Assembly: GCA_012295275.1 (NCBI GenBank) | Contig: CM022670.1 | Coordinates: 24,552,001-24,616,000, forward strand | Source: Chrysomallon squamiferum | Taxonomy: Eukaryota; Animalia; Mollusca | Direction of reading: 5' to 3' | DNA: 64,000 bases | In this document: positions 58,048-64,000 of the stretch, in pieces | Layout: each line of letters begins with the position of its first letter | Numbering within the stretch: position 1 is the stretch's first letter | The notes under the pieces: model-generated | What the model was told of the DNA's origin: nothing | Database searches by the model: none | Seen by the model: the letters and a program-made list of their open reading frames with translations, nothing else | Program-made: the position numbers and the translations under genes

Positions 58048-58235
58048 GAAATGTCTGGATTTTTCGACTGTATGGACATTATGACCCCTCTGACCCCAAC
58101 GCAAGCAACTACTGCTATGGCACCTTGTACTTGTTTGCATTCTGGATGACGATTGCAACGTACCTCTTCATGCTGACTGTCTGCTGCTGTACATGCCTTG
58201 GTGGCATGCTTGCCTGGTGTTGTAGTTCTAACTGA
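58048..58235 (+). CDS. TMEM272: TMEM272-like, last coding exon (GNVWIFRLY...NYCYGTLYLFAFWMTIATY...CCCTC...WCCSSN*)
   Basis: TTTCAG| acceptor, GNVW and YC..TLYLFAFW signatures, TGA at 58233-35. The joined CDS is 672 nt (223 aa). Family assignment is from recalled motifs and orthology is not established. Confidence 0.92.
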
Positions 58236-61194
58236 TCTTATCACTTAGTTTCTACATATTTTTTTATTTTGAAAATTATATTGACTTTCTATAAGGTGTG
58301 TCCACCTTTTTTTTTTATTACTGTTTTATCTCTCAGATTTTTGGATTTATAGTTTCAATTTTTTTTTATATATATATATATATTGGTGTATTTCAAATAT
58401 TTGATTATTGTTTTGACCTGAAATTTTCTCTTTTTCAAATCTGAGATAATAATGTTTCTGTTTTAATATTGTTGTGTTTCAGGTTAAGATTCTTTTGTTT
58501 CTAGTCATAGATTTAGATAGGCAGAGTAAATTATTTTTCTAACTTATGTTATTGTAAATCGTGTAAATATGGATCAGAAACTAATAATCTGTAATTCTTT
58601 ATGAGATTACTAATCTTTGCTAAAAATATACATTTATTTTTTTCTCTTTCCTATGAATAATTTATTTTATTATTTTATCATGACAGTGTACATGTTCTAA
58701 CGTACTTTTGTTGACAGCAGGAATCATTTTTATATACAAGAAATAAATATTGAAATTTGTTTGTTGAAAAAAAAAAAAAAAAAAAAAAAAAGAAATATGA
58801 AAACAAATTGGAATAAAAAAAAAATTTGTTGTTGTCTAATACCATAATACATAATTATATCTCTATTTTTTTTCATATCATACAAATATAGTATTTGGAT
58901 TTAAAAAAAAAAAAAAAAAAAAAAAAATGTCTTCTTATTATTTATTTATTTTATTATTTATTAATATAATTAATAAAGGCACTGACCAAATATATAGCTT
59001 TTTGGGATGGAATGATATTTATTTTGATAAATTACTTGTTATACACATACATATACATGTATATTGTTCAAAGTTACTTCATTAGTATTTATTTGCTGGT
59101 TTATATTTTAAGACTACTTTGAAAAGTTTTTTTTTAAAAAATAAAAAATAAATTGTTGTTATATTAGAACTATTTTGTTTTGATGTGTAGGTGGCACTGA
59201 AATCAATACACAGCAGTGGTGAATTATGTAATAAAACAGTTATTTTCATTTATTTTTTTGTACTGATTAGGATACAACATAAAAGAAATAACTGGTTATT
59301 GCATTTCAGCATTATAATCTTTGCAAAATAAATTTTAAATCTTAATTTATTTAATGCTGTCATTTCAATGCTAATTTCAGTTTATGCTCTTTCAATGTCA
59401 CCTTTAGCCTGGAATTGTTACTGTTAGTGTTCAAACTTGAGAATACTCTGTCTTTTGGGACTTTTTGACATCTTTACATCTTTGCCTTGTACTGTGTTTT
59501 GTTCTGCAAATATGTCTTTAGAATCAGTCATCCAGTGGCTCATTTTCTCATTAGTATTCTGTTCTGTGCTATTTTTCTGATTATTTGGTCTTCAATAATC
59601 CTTTTATTTCTTATCTTTACAGCTATTTCATATTTTGGGAGTTTTTTTGTATTTTATTTTATGTTTATCAGAATTCAGAATGATAAACAATATACTTCTG
59701 TCATTTCCTGTTTCATATATAATATTTAACCACTTTCCATGAAGGGTACCTAAACTCACTGATTGTTATCACTGATATGTATGATCTTGATATGGCTACT
59801 TTTAGTAAATCTGGAGTGGTTTTTTTTGTTGTTTTTTTAATTATTATTTTGATGTGTATTTAATGTTTGTTGAAAATTTGTTTTCTAAGTCTGTAATTAC
59901 TGTAAAAATTTTCACACATACATACACTTTAATTATCAATAGCTATATCACTGAGATCTTCATCAGTTCAAAAATTTTATTTTGTCAAATGTATCACTTT
60001 ATGTTATTTTTTGTGGGGATTGGATTGTATATGTTGCTGTATGTTCAATTTTAGTACCTACTTATTTATCAAGCAAACTTTATAGATTTTAATTTTTGAT
60101 GTAAAAGGATAATGCTTGTTGGGTAATGGTATTTAATATTTTTATATTTGTTTTTTATTTGAAGATGTGATCTTTAAATTTATGTATTTATAATAGAAAC
60201 TCCCTTGCTAATGTTGATATCTCTTCCATAGGGGTTTGTGGGGCTTCCTTATTCAAAGGTTTTATTTGTATGTATAGTAGATTCTATAAACTGTTTTGAA
60301 ATCTTTTATATATTCTGGGGTTTATCATTTGATATGGATTTTAATTAATGTTGACTTTAAATTAACATATTTGTGTTTGCTTGTGACTTGTTAGTTTGTT
60401 ATATTTTTGTTTGTGTAATGTAAAATATGTAAATTTAAGTATTACACTTTAAACATAATATAAAATTTAAACCTATCAACTTGTATGAGACATTTAACAG
60501 TTGTTTTAATATCTAATCTAATTCTATTATATGTTCTCAAGATGGCATCATTATAAAATTTATTCTTTCAATATTTCATAGGCACAATTCAGGGCAAAAG
60601 AACATAACCAAAGTATTTAAAATAGTGTTTAATTAAAAATTAGAATCTATAGTTTGATATTGCAGTGTATTTTTATTTTAATATTTTTTCAGTTTCAAAT
60701 GTTTCACAGTTCACTTTCTACAAAATTACAGTCAAATGAAGTATTTATAACATTCAGTTTTCATAGCTTTATTGCTAGATGTTTTTGTTGGTTTGTTGTG
60801 GTTTCTTTTGTTTACAGTTTTTGGTTTTTGGTTCATCTTATTTTTCTGTTTAGTTTTTCTGTTGTGAGTGATTTTGGCATTTTTATTTTTTGTACTGAGA
60901 CTGATTAAAAGAGATTTTTATTTTTTTTTTATTAATGGGTTTTTTTTTTTATTGAAATCTTAAAAGAAAAAAAGAAAAGCCATTAGTGTTATATTTTCAT
61001 GTTTTTATGTTTTGCCATATTTTGTCAAAATCATAGTACACAGTATTCAACCAAAAGTATTAATATTTAACTCTACTGAAATAAATAACATTAGAGAAAG
61101 TGTAGGCATAAACATGATTCCTTGATATATGTATCACTTTTTATTTATATATCACAGTATGCTTATTTATTTATTGAAGAGATAATATGTTACA

Positions 61195-61256
61195 AATAAA
61201 GTCATGAAATATAATGTTATATAACTAAATGACATGTCTTTTGTTTCTTTTGTGAT
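61195..61256 (+). terminator. Candidate polyadenylation signal of the TMEM272-like gene (~3-kb 3'UTR)
   Basis: AATAAA at 61195-61200 followed ~35 nt later by GT/T-rich TGTCTTTTGTTTCTTTTGTG. Several other AATAAA lie upstream. Confidence 0.3.
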
Positions 61257-61731
61257 TGACAGAAACCACTGTTATCTGTTACACAAACTTAAATACTCCA
61301 TAATGTTGTCACACTGTCTATTTATAAAGTACATATATGACACACACATACACACACATACACACAGGCAAAATCAATATAAATTACTGGCTGATTAATA
61401 TATTTACCAGGTTTAAACACATTCCTCTTAGTAGTGAAAACAATATCATGCTCAAACAAATGCTTGAGTTTTATTTTACTGCATAAAATTAAAAATGCAT
61501 GCGTTTATTGTTAAACCACAATAAAAAGTTAAATGTATATAATTTATTATAAACTTTGAATGTATTTTTTATTACTTGCTTCATTTAAAAAAAAAAAATA
61601 TATATATATATACTGCCTTTTATCTGTTATTGCACATTTATTCATACACACGGATTATAATTATATTGTTAATAAATTCTGATTAAGAAAATATTGTTGT
61701 TTTCTTTTTCACTTGTGGGAGAATTATTATG

Positions 61732-61823
<92 letters not shown>

Positions 61824-62195
61824 TTACCACTTTTGTTATTTTTGAGAAGTTTTAGTTTTGAGAGATTAAAGTGATGTGACAAGGAGATTGAAAAACAAAG
61901 AATAAAATATTTTTATACATGAAAGCATTTTACAATTAAATCTTGATTCTTAAATCCAAAGATCACACACTTTATGTAATAAGTGAAACACACTCATAAA
62001 CTCGTGATAAATATTTGAAAGAAAAGGTCATGAGAGTAGCACAAAGTGTTTTTATATTCAGTCAATAACACCACAGCCAATTCTTCACAATGGTTGCTAT
62101 CAGTTTCGATATAGGCCTAGACCTGTTTGGTATACCCACACAATTGTTTGAATGATTTCAATAATTTCTTTTTCTTTATAGTTTCTTCTTTTCAA

Positions 62196-62229
<34 letters not shown>

Positions 62230-62681
62230 TATTTTAAAATTATATATTAATAATAATAAATATTTAAAACAATGAATGACTTTAAAAATATCTTGTCAGA
62301 CCTTGCCAACTATTATTATGTTACTGGGTACTATAATTAGAAATGACGAAACACAGTTAATATTTCCTGGGTTTTATTTACCCAGCAGAGAAGGACGTTT
62401 TGAATTTACTTGGGTAAACACAATAAGTGTTTCTAGCAGCAGAATCATAAAATCTTGTAAGTTATTTAAACATGTTATTTATTTATTTGATTTTTTTTGT
62501 TTTTATTATTATTAGTTATTTTCATTTGTTTACAGAATAATTACTTCATTGTATATGTAAACAGGTAAAATTATGTTTTTACCCAGTGTAACCACCTGGT
62601 TGACCATTTCAGTGTTTGTAATTCAAGTAACAGAGTGTTACACTGGTAAAAGGGATATTCTGCAGTATACTCCGTTATTTT

Positions 62682-62765
62682 TCTTTTTATCAATACCCAT
62701 GTGTGTTTTTTTTTATCAATACCCATGTGTGTTTCTTTTTATCAATACCCATATGTGTTTCTTTT
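62682..62765 (+). repeat. ~27-bp tandem repeat, 3 copies
   Basis: TTTTTATCAATACCCATRTGTGTTT repeated. Confidence 0.9.
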
Positions 62766-64000
62766 AATTACTTTCTTACTGTCTCTACATTATATGTGAT
62801 GCTTTGATTAACTTACTTTATGTTAATTTATTTTGTGTTATGTTATGTTATATTATTATAGTTTATTTATTTTATGTTATTTTATTTTATTTTATTTTAT
62901 TTTATTTGTTTTGTTTTGTTAATTATTGTTGTTGTTGCTGCTGCTGTTTATTTATTTCTTTGGTTTCATTTCAGTTATTTTCACTATTCACTATTCATTT
63001 AATTACTTTTACTTCTACTGCTGTTATTTTACTATAAAATTATTATTATTATTATTATTATTATTACTACTACTGATGGTATTACTGCTATTACTACAAC
63101 AACAACAACAACAACTACTACTACTACTACTACTACACCACTCCTATTGTCTGAGAGAACATACTAAACCATAGTTTCTGTTTTGTAGGACAGTGGCAAA
63201 TTATCCTTGTGATATTGTTGAGTCAAAAAGCAGTGACTAACTGGAGTAAGTAGAGAAAAATTCATTGCAATATAGAAAAGGAATGAATTTCAGTAAAGTA
63301 CTGAATAATTATATAGGAAATCCTTTAACAGAAGCAATGCAAGAAAACTATAGACCAAAATAATTTTAGAGAATATATTTACTTCACAAGTATAGAGAAT
63401 GATGATAATGACATTCAAATTTATTAGGATAATTATATGATTCTTCATTCCTTTGTGGGCAAGGAACTATTTCCAGTTCCAACATGTGTCATAGACTGTA
63501 AGGATTTGCATTCATAGAGAAAGTGAATATAAATATATCCCTGCGGTTAATCAGTTAGAATAGCACACTCAGTAGCAGCAACAGATTTAATATCGATGTA
63601 GATACAATTTTATGATATAGATTTAATATCTAGACTCAACCAAAAAGAATAACCAAAGTGTCTAAGGTCAGTTGTCCAGACATATTTATATAATACATTA
63701 TATAAGACTAATACCTAGCAAAAATAATATTTATTATTATTGTTATTGTCAATTTTAAAAGGTTAATTCTAATTATTTTTCAGCCATGTTTAAAATAATA
63801 CTGTATTGTGTAATCCTGGCAATGTCCGTCTCGTTCATTGTGATGGGTAAAATATTTTCATTTGATTTGTTCTATTTCATTATTAAAAATTGACCATATG
63901 TGTGCGTCTCTCTCTCTCTCTGTGTGTGTGTATATGTATGTAAGGATGTATGTATTTTGTATGTAAGCACGTATACCTGTATTGTATTTCTATGTGTTCA

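Overview
AT-rich, microsatellite-dense animal genomic DNA. It is mollusc/cephalopod-like by inference only. Most of the ORF track is simple-repeat noise. Real content: (1) On the minus strand, three dispersed paralogous ATG-initiated coding exons (40203-40868, 27911-28279, 17083-17442) encode a conserved N-terminal module (MSMxTRAGTMVR..RRR..RRRSAPTVLQR..KLL..ARLS..K-x-[VL]-[ST]-F at residues 77-81). Each ends in an identical phase-0 AAG|GTRAGT donor. This looks like an array of duplicated alternative N-terminal exons feeding common exons that I could not find in the window. (2) On the plus strand, a complete 6-exon TMEM272-like multi-pass membrane protein gene (54103-58235) with PY motifs, a possible 18-nt microexon and a CpG-depleted gene body. 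(3) Transposon debris: a Penelope-like retroelement interrupted by a hAT MITE, a truncated Tc1, an internally deleted Tigger/pogo element, a foldback element and a tRNA-Arg-derived SINE. Several local diverged duplications bracket TE fragments.
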